From a virus (lineage: Duplodnaviria; Caudoviricetes): a stretch of 57,741 nucleotides of DNA. The stretch is from IMG/VR virus record IMGVR_UViG_3300036859_000226, positions 1-57,741 of that record. The stretch is one strand, 5' to 3'. The position numbers were made by a program, and so were the translations under genes. This document shows, in pieces, positions 8,838 to 18,556 of the stretch (position 1 is its first letter; every line of letters starts with the position of its first letter). Below the pieces are notes generated by a model that saw only the letters and a program-made list of their open reading frames with translations, was not told the origin of the DNA and ran no database searches.

Positions 8838-9718
8838 ACGCCGCAACCCCCCTCGCAGTCGGCGAAGGCGTCAAAGCCAGTGTCGTCGGGATCAAGATAG
8901 AGGCCGGGCAGTGTGGGTTCGCGTCTGATGCGATCAGCGATTTGTGCATAACTCTCGCGGTCAGGTGACCGGAACTGGCCGTTCGTATAGCCGCGAGCCT
9001 TCGCCAGCCGCTCTTGTTCGCTCCACCACAGCATTTTGTCGGGGTGGTCAATCGTCATGCGCACGAGCGAGCCTTGCCGTTTCAGGAAACAACCGTCGCA
9101 GTTTCCTTCCCAATCACCCGCCAAGCCAAGATCGAACGGTTGCGCGGCCCAGAACGGTTTGACGTGCCCTAGCTTTGTCATTCTCGCCTTGGCGAGCGGG
9201 CACGATCCGAAATGGCCGTCGCGGCGCGAGGCGTTACGAAGGGCTATCCGGTGTACCCGGTGAAGCTCGTCATACCGAAGGCCGAGATACCGTCGGTGCC
9301 ATCCCCAACCAAGCTCATCGCGCACCCAACGTTGCACGGTGCGCATTTTCAATTCCTCGGTGCAGAAGCGCATCTTTGGTCCAGGTAGCATGTAGCCGCG
9401 CGCTTCGAGGAGTTGGACGAATGGTTCCCCGTTACGGCTGGCGCTGTTGTGACTCACTGCCTCTGCCCATTGCCTGCCAGTCTCCGGATCGCGCCGATAC
9501 TCAAGCCATTGGATATGGACGCTCCAATGCACGGACATATCCCGCACGAAATCCAGCGTTGCCGGCATTTCGCGTCCGGTGTTGCAGAAGAACGCAAACA
9601 CATCTGGAGGCAACCTGCCGTCGTGGCGCTCAAGGATGTGATGCAGCATCATCCCCGACGTTCGGCCGCCGCTGACATTGATCGCTGACGGGCCTTGGAG
9701 GCGGAACGGGTCAGGCAT
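8834..9718 (-). CDS. PAPS-reductase-like PP-loop protein
   Basis: SGGRTSG, FCNTGRE, RFCTEELK, GNCDGCFLK. Confidence 0.85.
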   Translation of the reverse strand: MPDPFRLQGPSAINVSGGRTSGMMLHHILERHDGRLPPDVFAFFCNTGREMPATLDFVRDMSVHWSVHIQWLEYRRDPETGRQWAEAVSHNSASRNGEPFVQLLEARGYMLPGPKMRFCTEELKMRTVQRWVRDELGWGWHRRYLGLRYDELHRVHRIALRNASRRDGHFGSCPLAKARMTKLGHVKPFWAAQPFDLGLAGDWEGNCDGCFLKRQGSLVRMTIDHPDKMLWWSEQERLAKARGYTNGQFRSPDRESYAQIADRIRREPTLPGLYLDPDDTGFDAFADCEGGCGV

Positions 9719-9721
9719 CGC

Positions 9722-10222
9722 TCATTTCCCCTGCCTCTTGCGCCATTCCCAGGGCCAATCGAACTCACCCGACCATACACCCAATCGCTCGGCCTTCGCC
9801 GCCTCTTGCCGATCCTCGTAGGCTCCGGTCGAGTAGCGCGGCCATACCGCCGCCAACCCGTGGCTGACGAGCATCCCGGCGATGTCGCCCTCAGACGTGG
9901 CACAGGACGCGACGGAGCGCCCATACACATCAATTGAGCGCACGGAGCATGTGGCGGGGCCGCGGGCGAGGATACGCGCCAGCGCCTTCTCGGCCTCTTC
10001 TCCGCAAAACCACGGGATGCGCTCGATGCAAAGCTGGTCGCGCTCGGGCGCGTCGATTTCCGCGAGTCGCACCCGGACGCCGGCGACGATCAGGGTGTCG
10101 CCATCAATGGCTTGCGCGTAGCCGCTGATCGTGACCTGCGCCTGCGGCTCGGGGATGGCGAGCGCGGCGAGGGAGCCGGCGAGGACGAGGCAGGCCAGCG
10201 CGGAGTTTAGGTGGTCGGTCAT
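9722..10222 (-). CDS. Thermonuclease (SNase family) with N-terminal hydrophobic signal
   Basis: IDGDTL, RVRLAEIDAPE, DVYGRSVA, AKAERLGVW. Confidence 0.9.
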   Translation of the reverse strand: MTDHLNSALACLVLAGSLAALAIPEPQAQVTISGYAQAIDGDTLIVAGVRVRLAEIDAPERDQLCIERIPWFCGEEAEKALARILARGPATCSVRSIDVYGRSVASCATSEGDIAGMLVSHGLAAVWPRYSTGAYEDRQEAAKAERLGVWSGEFDWPWEWRKRQGK

Positions 10223-10468
10223 GGCTCGTCCGTAGCCGGGAGTGGCGGCAAATCGATTGGTTCCCAATATTGCCAATTTCGGAGGCGCCAAAGAGTACCG
10301 TCGCTAGCAAGAACGATGGTGTTTGCGGGGTTCACGGCGACATTATCAAAGCAGACAACTTGCGCGATTTTTCGATCGTCCATCACATCACTCCCATCCC
10401 GTCGATCTCATAGGACGGTGCGGCCAGCGCGAGCGCCAGCCCGGCGACGAATAGGAGCTTCCTGAGCA

Positions 10469-11070
10469 TCACTCCCTCCCGCTGCTTCCAGGATCAATCA
10501 ACTGCAAGATTTCCTCGTATTTGCCGAGGATTTCCTTAAGCCGCTGCAAGCCTGCGCGATCCACGTCCGCCGAAATTTCCAGACGGTTGCCCCGGAGCAG
10601 CACACTTAAATCTCCGTCTTGCCCCGCGTAAGCGCTGGAGGCGGAGCGCGGGCCTCCTTGTGGCGTCAGCTTGGGAGCATCAACCACGGTCAGCTCGCTT
10701 GTTGGGATGCCGGTCATACTGCCAAACACCCGCGCATGGCGTCCGTCCTCGGAAAGCCAGTTGACCCGGCGCGGCTTTTCAAACTGGTCCTGCCCATTGC
10801 TCGTCCATTGCACATCATCGCCAATCCTCACTTCCCTTATGGGCGGCGGCGCGGGAGCTGGCGACCCCTCATGTGGTTCCCGCCCCTTGACCGCGACGGG
10901 CGAATCGTCGCTTGGTGCGGCCAACTTGGCAAAAGCTAAATTGGCCTTGTAGAGGGTCAGAAGTAACGCGGCGGCGTTCTCCGCATACCCGAACTCGACT
11001 TTGAGGGTGCTGCGGGCAATCTGGTCAGCGGGTGGCTTGTCGCGCCAGGTCGTCCAAAGGCTGGCAAAAG
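10469..11070 (-). pseudogene. C-terminal remnant of a hypothetical gene lacking its 5' end
   Basis: Protein-like frame FASLWTTWRDKPPADQIARSTL... begins inside the preceding ORF with no proper start. Confidence 0.5.
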
Positions 11071-11343
11071 AGTATCGCGCCCTCGACACATCCACGCGAA
11101 CAACGTTTTTGCAATTAGCCCAAGCCGCACCATTAACGGCACATGCCGGCGTAGAAATTGCCGCTGTTCTGCCTCGGGGAGCGTATGGACGTACTCAAGA
11201 TAGTCGTGGATAGCGGCCGCCAATTTGCTCAACACCTCGTGGTCAGAGGTGCCTTGCACCGCTATGTCGAAATCCAGACAGATCGCCTCCCACGCATTCC
11301 CAGACCCCTCAGCGTAGCAGAGTAGAACCGTCGGACCTTTCAT
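10957..11343 (-). CDS. HicB-like (RNase H fold) antitoxin-like protein, 3' end probably scrambled
   Basis: WEAICLDFDIAVQGTSDHEVLSKLAAAIHDYL; GGAG SD. Confidence 0.6.
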   Translation of the reverse strand: MKGPTVLLCYAEGSGNAWEAICLDFDIAVQGTSDHEVLSKLAAAIHDYLEYVHTLPEAEQRQFLRRHVPLMVRLGLIAKTLFAWMCRGRDTLLPAFGRPGATSHPLTRLPAAPSKSSSGMRRTPPRYF

Positions 11344-11546
11344 GCTCCAACCTCGCTGGTCAACGATTCGCCAGATTGTCAAGCGGAAAATTCGCGACTA
11401 ACCAGCTAACACCATTAGGATTAGCGGTTCCTTGACAGGCGTCAAAATGGTTTGATGTTTTGTGAGGCCGCCAGCTCAGTCCCGTTGGGAATCAGAGCGC
11501 CACCACATTTAGCAATGTGTGAACACCAAACCTGGTTTTCAATGGC

Positions 11547-12281
11547 TTAACTGGCTGATTCTGCGCGCCCGATATAGCGCAGCGTGACATTCGCAATCCG
11601 CGCGTCAGCCATGCGTGATGTGCATGCGCAGTCTGTGCTAGGCGAATCGCCTGGTCCCATCTGCGCCCGAATACCGTCGTAATGGCCCTCAAACTCCTTG
11701 GTCGGCTCTCCGCACACGTATTGGCCGTAGATCGCGTCGCGCCCGTGAACCTCGGCGTAACCGTACTCACGCGACCGTGATTGCGCGTAGAAGTGGGCGT
11801 CGTCAACCGCAGCCAGCAGCAACCGGCGCTTCTTCACCCGCTCATCCAGCTGGGCCTTGATCTCGGCGAGCGCCGGCCAGAAGACCTGATTCTCGCCGAG
11901 CCACCGGCATGCCTCGACCACGGCATCCTCGGGATAGGTCGCCAGCAGTTCCCGGTAAATCTGCAGCGTGAGGGCGGTGTCCTGGTCGGGTTCGGTACGC
12001 GCCTTTGTCGACAGGCGCAGCCTCGTCAACTCGGCCATGACCACGCGATCTGCGCAGGGATCGAGGTTGCGCAACAGGATCTGCCGGCATTCCGCCAGCA
12101 CCCCGGGCGGGCAACCAGGCGCGATCGTATAGCCGATGAGTTCCCAATCCCGGTCAGCCTGTTCCACCAGCGGGTGGGAGCCAAGACATGATTTCAACGA
12201 TGCTTGCACGCCCCTTTCGATCTCGTGACAGGTCGGCCGTTGGACGTTGGTTGAAAGCTCGCGTCCGGTCTTCTCGCTCAT
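11547..12281 (-). CDS. Putative replication accessory / helicase-loader-like protein
   Basis: Follows the initiator; YRELLATYPEDAVVEACR..FWPALAEI; start uncertain. Confidence 0.6.
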   Translation of the reverse strand: MSEKTGRELSTNVQRPTCHEIERGVQASLKSCLGSHPLVEQADRDWELIGYTIAPGCPPGVLAECRQILLRNLDPCADRVVMAELTRLRLSTKARTEPDQDTALTLQIYRELLATYPEDAVVEACRWLGENQVFWPALAEIKAQLDERVKKRRLLLAAVDDAHFYAQSRSREYGYAEVHGRDAIYGQYVCGEPTKEFEGHYDGIRAQMGPGDSPSTDCACTSRMADARIANVTLRYIGRAESAS

Positions 12282-13227
12282 CGTACCTTCCTTCGAGGAT
12301 CTTGATCGCGTTCTCGGGATTGATGACCCACCCCAAGTCGGTTTTGAAGCCATTTATCTCACCGCGGAGATAGGGTGAGTCGCGCACCTTGCCGCAGAAC
12401 TCCCGCCACTCGTCGAGACTGCCGTGAAAATTCCCCCGCAGGCGGGCAAGCAGCTTGCCCTTCCGAGAAGCATTCAGCGTCCGCGACAGCGCGATCGTTC
12501 CCACCCCCGCGCACACCTCGTTCCACGTGGAACGCATCGCTTCGGCGACATCCTCCTTCGACGATGGTCTCCTGGGTTCCTCAGATGTGAGGGTCAGGGG
12601 CTCGACGTTCGGGTAGTGCTTCCCGTTCACCCCGTTCAGTGAATGCCCGTGCCCCTCGCCCTCTTCCCCCGCAGCGGGGAGAGGGCCGCCGGCGGCGTTC
12701 GTGGCGGGCTGCCCATCGTTCGTCGGCGTCAAGCCGACAAGAGATTCTCCGTCAGGAGAATCTCCTTCTTCCTTGGGTATAGGGTATAGGGTATAGGGGG
12801 CTATAGGGGGGGCTATAGGGGGGGCTATAGGGGTCGCTGAAATTTCGGTTGGCGATACAGAATTTTCTGTTTGTTTACTGCGCCTTGCGCGGAGGCCTTC
12901 AAGACCGTTTTTTCGGTTAATTTCTCGCCGTTTCTCGTCGCGAACCATTCTCCGATTGTAAATGACGCCGGTTCGCGTCCGGCTGAACACCCCTCTTTGA
13001 GCGAGTTCACCGATGAGCGGCTCTACCTCTGATATGGGTTTTCCGGCCAGCTTGGCGATGTCGTCATTCGAGCAAGCGGAACCCTGGACCGCAAGGTAGC
13101 CTCCCGATCTTGCGGCGACCGAAAGCATCCGCATCCACAATCCCTGAGCCGCGAGGGAACAGAGCGCAAGCGCGCGATCATTGTCCCAATCATTCCAGAA
13201 CCAGCGCGTCGACGGGTTGATACTCAC
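12154..13227 (-). CDS. Phage replication initiator (lambda O-like architecture)
   Basis: N-terminal wHTH (DWDNDRALALCSLAAQGLWMRML...IYNRRMVRD), internal iterons, C-terminal LGWVINPENAIKILEGRY. Confidence 0.85.
   Translation of the reverse strand: MSINPSTRWFWNDWDNDRALALCSLAAQGLWMRMLSVAARSGGYLAVQGSACSNDDIAKLAGKPISEVEPLIGELAQRGVFSRTRTGVIYNRRMVRDEKRREINRKNGLEGLRARRSKQTENSVSPTEISATPIAPPIAPPIAPYTLYPIPKEEGDSPDGESLVGLTPTNDGQPATNAAGGPLPAAGEEGEGHGHSLNGVNGKHYPNVEPLTLTSEEPRRPSSKEDVAEAMRSTWNEVCAGVGTIALSRTLNASRKGKLLARLRGNFHGSLDEWREFCGKVRDSPYLRGEINGFKTDLGWVINPENAIKILEGRYDEREDRTRAFNQRPTADLSRDRKGRASIVEIMSWLPPAGGTG
12519..12534. promoter_or_regulatory. parS-like palindrome CGTTCCACGTGGAACG
   Basis: Perfect 16-bp palindrome with the chromosomal parS core GTTCCACGTGGAAC. 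Confidence 0.7.
12722..12880. repeat. Putative replication origin inside the initiator gene
   Basis: Hairpins GTCGGC-GTCAA-GCCGAC and GAGATTCTCC-GTCA-GGAGAATCTC; GGGTATA x3; GGGGGCTATA x3 (12-bp period); adjacent AT-rich tract. Confidence 0.8.
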
Positions 13228-13261
13228 GAAAGCAACCCCTCGCTGATACCTTCTCGGGGCA

Positions 13262-13675
13262 TTACGCTGCCACGAGTTCGGCGGGAATGCTCCAGGCAAT
13301 AGCGGCAGCCTCGATGATGAGGCCCGCGTCCATCAGCAGTCTGCCGGCGTGGGCGGCATCCTTCTCGGTTACAGTCCCGGTGATCTCGCCGTCTAAACCA
13401 ATGCGTGCTTCGCCATAGCGAAACGAGGCCCGATAGAGTGGGAGATTTGACGTGTACATGGCAATCGCCCCCCGAATAAACTTCTGATTTAACTCGGGAA
13501 GCGCCTCGACAAGCTGGTCATATATGCCGATCGCGAGCGGCGACCGGATGTCGCCAGGCTGTGCAAAGCATTCAGGGAAAAGATCATAGATCGGTTGGTA
13601 GGCCAGAAGTTTGCGCGCCCGTATCCGTCGCAGATTGCTGCGATGACGGCGCTGACTACGGGTCAACTTCGGCAC
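13262..13675 (-). CDS. ProQ/FinO-family RNA chaperone
   Basis: FPECF...PLAIGIYDQL...AIAMYTS..Y....RIGLDGEITGTVTEKDAAHA matches the FinO domain pattern. Confidence 0.85.
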   Translation of the reverse strand: MPKLTRSQRRHRSNLRRIRARKLLAYQPIYDLFPECFAQPGDIRSPLAIGIYDQLVEALPELNQKFIRGAIAMYTSNLPLYRASFRYGEARIGLDGEITGTVTEKDAAHAGRLLMDAGLIIEAAAIAWSIPAELVAA

Positions 13676-13706
13676 GCGATCCCCCTACGATCCCCTGGAG
13701 AAGAGT

Positions 13707-13793
13707 GAGCGCGAGCCCAACCCAAGTCTGAGCTGGGGATCGTTTAGCTGAACGGGTGCGAACTCGGGGGATCAACCCGAGCGGCCCGCGCTC
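13707..13793 (-). ncRNA. c4-like antisense RNA
   Basis: Closing stem GAGCGCGGGCC/GGCTCGCGCTC; two internal hairpins expose GATCCCCC and ACGATCCCC, complementary to sites at 13678-13695. Confidence 0.7.
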
Positions 13794-13803
13794 GCCGACT
13801 ACG

Positions 13804-13998
13804 CTACGGGAGGCCGGGGCGCGCCGTCAAGACCCCCTTCTGCGGCTTCGGTCGGCGCCCTGTTTTGCGCGGGATCACGCCAATGGCGTTGAGCCGGTGC
13901 CGGGATTCGATGTCTTCCTTCGCAGCTTTGATCGCCGCTTCGCGCCGGGCGCGGTCTTCGGCTGAAGAATATCTCTCTAATTGCGTTTTTTTAGACAC
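13804..13998 (-). CDS. Hypothetical protein
   Basis: In operon, 64 aa. Confidence 0.55.
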   Translation of the reverse strand: MSKKTQLERYSSAEDRARREAAIKAAKEDIESRHRLNAIGVIPRKTGRRPKPQKGVLTARPGLP

Positions 13999-14010
13999 AC
14001 CAGCACCGCC

Positions 14011-14196
14011 TCAGCGCCGGGCCGGCCAAGGGAGTGGTTTGTCGCTCGGCTCCGGGGTTGCGCGATATCGGAGTCCTTGAGCCCCAGCGTCTGCCTGTCG
14101 CGCGATCAACTCGCACAGCGCCCGAAACTCGGGCCCGATGTAACACCACGGCGGCGGCTTCGCGGCCCAGTCGCAATCGTGTTTGATCGGTTTCAA
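14011..14196 (-). CDS. Hypothetical protein
   Basis: TTGA coupling with the methyltransferase stop. Confidence 0.5.
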   Translation of the reverse strand: MKPIKHDCDWAAKPPPWCYIGPEFRALCELIARQADAGAQGLRYRATPEPSDKPLPWPARR

Positions 14197-15613
14197 TCCG
14201 CCACCTCCGCGAATAGGCCGGCGTCCTTTATCAGGCGCTTGCGGGCCATTTCCGTAAAAGTTGGATTAAGTTCGACGCCGACCGCGTTTCGGCCGAGACG
14301 ATCCGCGACAACCAGGGAAGTCCCCGAGCCCGCGAAACAATCCAACACCGTTGCCGGCACCGGATCAGCAGCCGGGCAGGAGCAGGAGGACGACCAGCCG
14401 ATCTCCGTCGTCTCGACGCGATCTCGCCAATGACCGACCCCGCTTGCGCCGATCCGCTGGCCGCCATTGTTGACCGGCCAGGAACCCGTCAGAGGCTCGC
14501 CGTCGCGCGTGCGTCGTTTATCAACCACCCGCACCCATGGCGCGCCACAGGCCGGGCACACCCCCTTCTCGCTGGTGCCTGCCAGGATCGCGCGCCGCGG
14601 GATCTCGCTGGGGAAAACCGCAAAGTGAGCGTCAGGATACGGCTCGGGCCCGAGCAGCCACCAGTTTCGCATGTTCCGTTTCTGCATGACGGCGCGGAAC
14701 GCCGGTTGATCGGTATCCGCCCATTTGCCGCCGAAGCGGCCCTTCGGGACCGACGGCCGGGAGGCCCGCCATTGTTGGTCGTTGCCGCGCGGGCCGTTGG
14801 CGTCAGCGTAGGATAGCCTCGCTTCACGCTTGAAGCCGTTTCCGCTGTCGTGATCTGAGACGGATTCCTCCTGTACGGCGACAGCATCCCAGAAATACCG
14901 CTCGCTCTTCGTCAGCAGGAAAACCTTCTCGGTCGCGCTGGTCGGCCGATCCCTGACGCTTTCGGGCATCGGGGCCCTTTTGGCCCAGGTGATCTCGGAG
15001 CGGATCCACCACCCATCCGCCTGTAAGGCGAGGGCGATCCGCGCCGGCATCATCATCAGGTCTTTGGGCTTTAGATTGAAGCCGCGGATCGTCCCGGTGT
15101 GGCTCGCACGCTTCGGGTGGTTTTTGATCTGCGATGAATGCCAGGACGGCTCGTCACTTTCGGTGACCCGACGGCCCTGTGCGCCCCACGAGCCAGCGTA
15201 GCTATCGCCCAGGTTCAGGAAAAGGGTGCCATCCGATCGAAGGACGCGCCTTACTTCCCGAAAAACCTCGACGATGTGCTCGATGTAGAGCGCGGGGCCG
15301 GGCTCAAGGCCGAGCTCGCCGCGCCACGCGCCGCAGCGGCCGCAAAAAGCTCCAGGCGCAACGCCGCGTTGATGGCTCCCGGTGTTCGTCGCCTGCTTCG
15401 GGGTCGGCTCCTCTTCGGGGAAATGGCGGCTGTCGACCACCGTGGCGTCCTGCCAGGAATGGCCGCAGGCCGGATTACCGCCCAGATTTGCGGCTCTGTG
15501 TCATATGCCCGCAGACCCAGATAGGGAGGCGAGGTAACGACGCAGTGCACGCTCTCGCTCTCCATTTCCCGGAGCACCGTCAGCGCGTCGCCGCAGATGA
15601 TCCGCACGCTCAT
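14193..15613 (-). pseudogene. N6-adenine/N4-cytosine DNA methyltransferase (beta class), frameshifted at about 15481-15483
   Basis: VTSPPY in one frame; LNLGDSY, HFAVFP and LDCFAGSGTS in the next; adding one G to the TGGG run gives a single 473-aa ORF. Confidence 0.85.
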
Positions 15614-15990
15614 AGGCACCCGATCCCGAGCGACCATTCGGCCGCCAGCGTGTCGATTGGGATAATCGGCATGTTGCGCACGTCGATGCCGCCGCGGTAG
15701 AGCCAGATCCCCTCTCTCGGGATGTCGGGGTCGGGCCCGAGCAGCGCGCGCGGTACGCGGGCGTCGTCTATCACGATGACGCGGATCGCCTCGATGAACT
15801 CGCGCGGCGACGCCGCGTCGTCAGCCGCCTGCCGAAACCAGTCCAGCAGCACATAGACGGCGTGCTCCGCTGCTTCGGCCAGATAGACGCCGCGCTCGAT
15901 GGCCGGCCACCGCGCCGCGCCGGCGGCACCCAACCCGTGCGCCAGGATCGACGGAATGCGGTCGATCGTCGTGGCGTGGAAGTAGGTCAT
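15610..15990 (-). CDS. ADP-ribosyltransferase-fold (DarT/Tpt1-like) protein, tentative
   Basis: YFHATTIDRIPSILAHGL...GVYLA. Confidence 0.5.
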   Translation of the reverse strand: MTYFHATTIDRIPSILAHGLGAAGAARWPAIERGVYLAEAAEHAVYVLLDWFRQAADDAASPREFIEAIRVIVIDDARVPRALLGPDPDIPREGIWLYRGGIDVRNMPIIPIDTLAAEWSLGIGCL

Positions 15991-16934
15991 GCGTGATCCG
16001 TCTCGCGGTGAAAGCGATAGTCGCGCACCGGGCCCGACCAGAGGCAGTCATGGCAGTTCTTGTAACCAGGCGTGGCGATCTCCCGGGACTCGTCGGGAGC
16101 GGCGGCAAGGGGGAACGAGGTTGCTTCCTCTATCGTCTCGTTCTCTTCGACGGCCGCCTCAGCAGCGGGCGCAGGCGCAGGCTCATCCTCATCTGGGGTT
16201 CCGCGCGGAACCTCGGGCGGCGCAGCGAGGTGTGCATCTACCCAATTATCCGGCGACTGGCGCCGCGCTATCGAGCCGCGGATCAACTCCTGCGCATGCT
16301 CGTGGGAGCACGTCTTGCGAACCCCGAAGTTGTTGACTGGCTCGCCGACGCGGCGCTCAAGCTTGACCCCGCAGACCTCGCAGTGCCGCGGTGGTAGGGC
16401 GGCCGCGAGTTCGTCAAGGCGCTTTTCTGTTGCAGCCTTCCGCTCTTCGCGGGTCAGAGGCCGTTCCGCAGCTGCGGGATTGTCCTCGGTCGCGGCGGGA
16501 GCGGTCGGCGGCGGTTCGGGGAGCCGCTCGATCGGTGCCAGGGCCTCGGCTGCGGTTGCCGCCACGCCGCCGACGCCGTCGTCCTCCAACTGTTTAATTC
16601 CCTCCGCCGCGACATTATCGACCCAAGCAGCCTGATCCGCCGCATAGAACCTGGCCCGTTGCTCGGAGTGAAAGGTCGCAACGTGCCGCCACCACTCGGG
16701 CGTGCTGTCGTGCCAGCAGAAGACGTGCCAGTCGTTGTCGTGCTCGACGACCTCGTAGTTCGCGCTGACCGATTGCTCCTCGTCGGGCTCCTTCGGGGGC
16801 GCAGCGAGCAGCCGGAAATACCGGCTCACCGTGTCGCGGTGCACGCCGGTCAGCCGCTCGGTCTCGCGGATGCCGCGGCCCTCGTTGAAGCATTTCTCGA
16901 CGGCGGCAAGTTTCTCGGGGGGTAAGAGGTTCAT
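15987..16934 (-). CDS. HTH-domain protein with Cys-rich motifs
   Basis: GIRETERLTGVHRDTVSRY HTH; CEVCG...TCS; CHDC. Confidence 0.7.
   Translation of the reverse strand: MNLLPPEKLAAVEKCFNEGRGIRETERLTGVHRDTVSRYFRLLAAPPKEPDEEQSVSANYEVVEHDNDWHVFCWHDSTPEWWRHVATFHSEQRARFYAADQAAWVDNVAAEGIKQLEDDGVGGVAATAAEALAPIERLPEPPPTAPAATEDNPAAAERPLTREERKAATEKRLDELAAALPPRHCEVCGVKLERRVGEPVNNFGVRKTCSHEHAQELIRGSIARRQSPDNWVDAHLAAPPEVPRGTPDEDEPAPAPAAEAAVEENETIEEATSFPLAAAPDESREIATPGYKNCHDCLWSGPVRDYRFHRETDHA
16197..16212. promoter_or_regulatory. parS-like palindrome variant GGTTCCGCGCGGAACC
   Basis: Perfect 16-bp palindrome, repeated exactly at 20587. Confidence 0.5.
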
Positions 16935-18352
16935 CGCTCCCATCTCTCCAGATTGCTGAACCGCGTCAACGCCGCGTCCCAATGGCATTTGATCGAGCCG
17001 GTGGGACCGAAGCGGTTCTTCGCCAAGATCAGATCCGCAATGCCGGCGGCGGCCTCGATCGATTCGACCCACCGCTGATGCCGGTCGTTGAACCGATCCT
17101 GGGGTTCCTCGGCGCGCCGCTCGGGCTCGGCCCGACTCAGATAGTACTCCTGCCGGTAGACGAAGATAACCCGGTCAGCATCCGATTCGATGTCGCCGCT
17201 CTCGCGCAGATCGGACAGGAGCGGGCGCTTGTTGTCGCGCGCCTCGACGGCGCGGCTCAATTGCGACAGCAGGACAATCGGAATGCCCAACTCCTTCGCG
17301 ACCCGCTTCAGCGTTCGGGTGATCTCGCCGACCTCGACCCGACGGCTCTCGACGCGGCCGGCCGATCCGATGATCTGCAGATGGTCGACGATCGCCAGCC
17401 GAACGCCCTGGCGTCGCACCAGATCGCGCATGCGCCGCCGTAGCTGCGGCACAGTTTGCCCAGGCGTCTCGTCGATGTAGATCGGCAACCGGCCGATGCG
17501 CTGCTCGGCATCGACGATGCTTTGCCAGTGCACCATGTCGAGATCGCCGCGGCGCTGGCGGTCAGAGGCCACACCCGACTCTATAGCGACAATCCGCTGC
17601 GCCTGTTGCGCGGCCGTCTCTTCGAGGCTGAAGAGTGCGACCGGCATCCCCCGCGAGGCGACGTAGTGCGCGATGCCCCCAGCCAGCGCCGATTTGCCCA
17701 TCGAGGGCCTGCCCGCGACCACCTCGAGATTGCCGGGCAGCAGACCGCCGAGAAGTCGATCAAGATCGGCGAGTCCAGTCTCGACGCCCTGAATCGCGCC
17801 CCCTGCGCGATAGACAGCCTCAGTGCGGGCGATACTCTCGCGTGCCGCCGCCGCCATTGTCGCAACGCGCGCCTCCGGGGCGCGCTCCCCGAGCTCGTAC
17901 AGGCGCTGTTCGTGCTGGTCGATGACCATCGACACCGGACGGTCGAAACTCACGCCCTGTGCCGCCGCTAGCGTCTCCTGGCATGCTTCTATCAGCGCCC
18001 GTCGCCGGGCAAGGTCGACGATCTGCTCGGCATAGTGGCGAGCGTTGATGATCGTGACCGCGTTCTCGGCGAGTTGGGCGAGGTACACGGTGCCGCCAGC
18101 CCCAACGAGCGCCTCGTCCCGCGCGAAGACATCGCTCAGGGTAACGGGGTTCGCCACGCGGCCTGCGTCAATCGCTGCGGCGACGGCGGCGTATATCCGC
18201 TGGTGGACCGGCAGAGAGAAATCTTCGGGGCGCAGGATGTCGGCAACCCTAGCGTGACTCTCGTTCCATACCAGAAGTGCCCCAAGGAGGCTTTGCTCGG
18301 CCTCGACGTTGGCCGGAAACGGCGGCGGGCCCCGGTCGTCCTCAGCGCGCAT
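16931..18352 (-). CDS. dnaB: Replicative DNA helicase
   Basis: AEQSLLGALL, GRPSMGKS, IVDHLQ, LSQLSRAVE, DLRESGDIE, KNRFGPTG. Confidence 0.95.
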   Translation of the reverse strand: MRAEDDRGPPPFPANVEAEQSLLGALLVWNESHARVADILRPEDFSLPVHQRIYAAVAAAIDAGRVANPVTLSDVFARDEALVGAGGTVYLAQLAENAVTIINARHYAEQIVDLARRRALIEACQETLAAAQGVSFDRPVSMVIDQHEQRLYELGERAPEARVATMAAAARESIARTEAVYRAGGAIQGVETGLADLDRLLGGLLPGNLEVVAGRPSMGKSALAGGIAHYVASRGMPVALFSLEETAAQQAQRIVAIESGVASDRQRRGDLDMVHWQSIVDAEQRIGRLPIYIDETPGQTVPQLRRRMRDLVRRQGVRLAIVDHLQIIGSAGRVESRRVEVGEITRTLKRVAKELGIPIVLLSQLSRAVEARDNKRPLLSDLRESGDIESDADRVIFVYRQEYYLSRAEPERRAEEPQDRFNDRHQRWVESIEAAAGIADLILAKNRFGPTGSIKCHWDAALTRFSNLERWER

Positions 18353-18545
18353 CGCCCCAGTCCTCCGGCGTCTCGATCGTGCCGCGCACAATGTCGGCGG
18401 CGGAGCGCTTGGTCGGAATACGGTCCAACGCGGCCTCAATCGCTCGACGACGCTCCTGCGCCCTGCGGTCTCTGCGGCGCGCTGACACCATGATTACGAG
18501 GCCGAGCGCCGTGCCAAGCAGGAAGGAGGCAAGATCGAACGTCAT
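18342..18545 (-). CDS. Small membrane protein
   Basis: N-terminal transmembrane helix; GGGCGAG SD. Confidence 0.65.
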   Translation of the reverse strand: MTFDLASFLLGTALGLVIMVSARRRDRRAQERRRAIEAALDRIPTKRSAADIVRGTIETPEDWGDAR

Positions 18546-18556
18546 CGTCTCGCCCC

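Noticed and set aside
12775-12833. Short repeats as a CRISPR array or sequencing artefact
   Set aside because: No spacers. The repeats keep the reading frame and sit where lambdoid-type iterons are expected.
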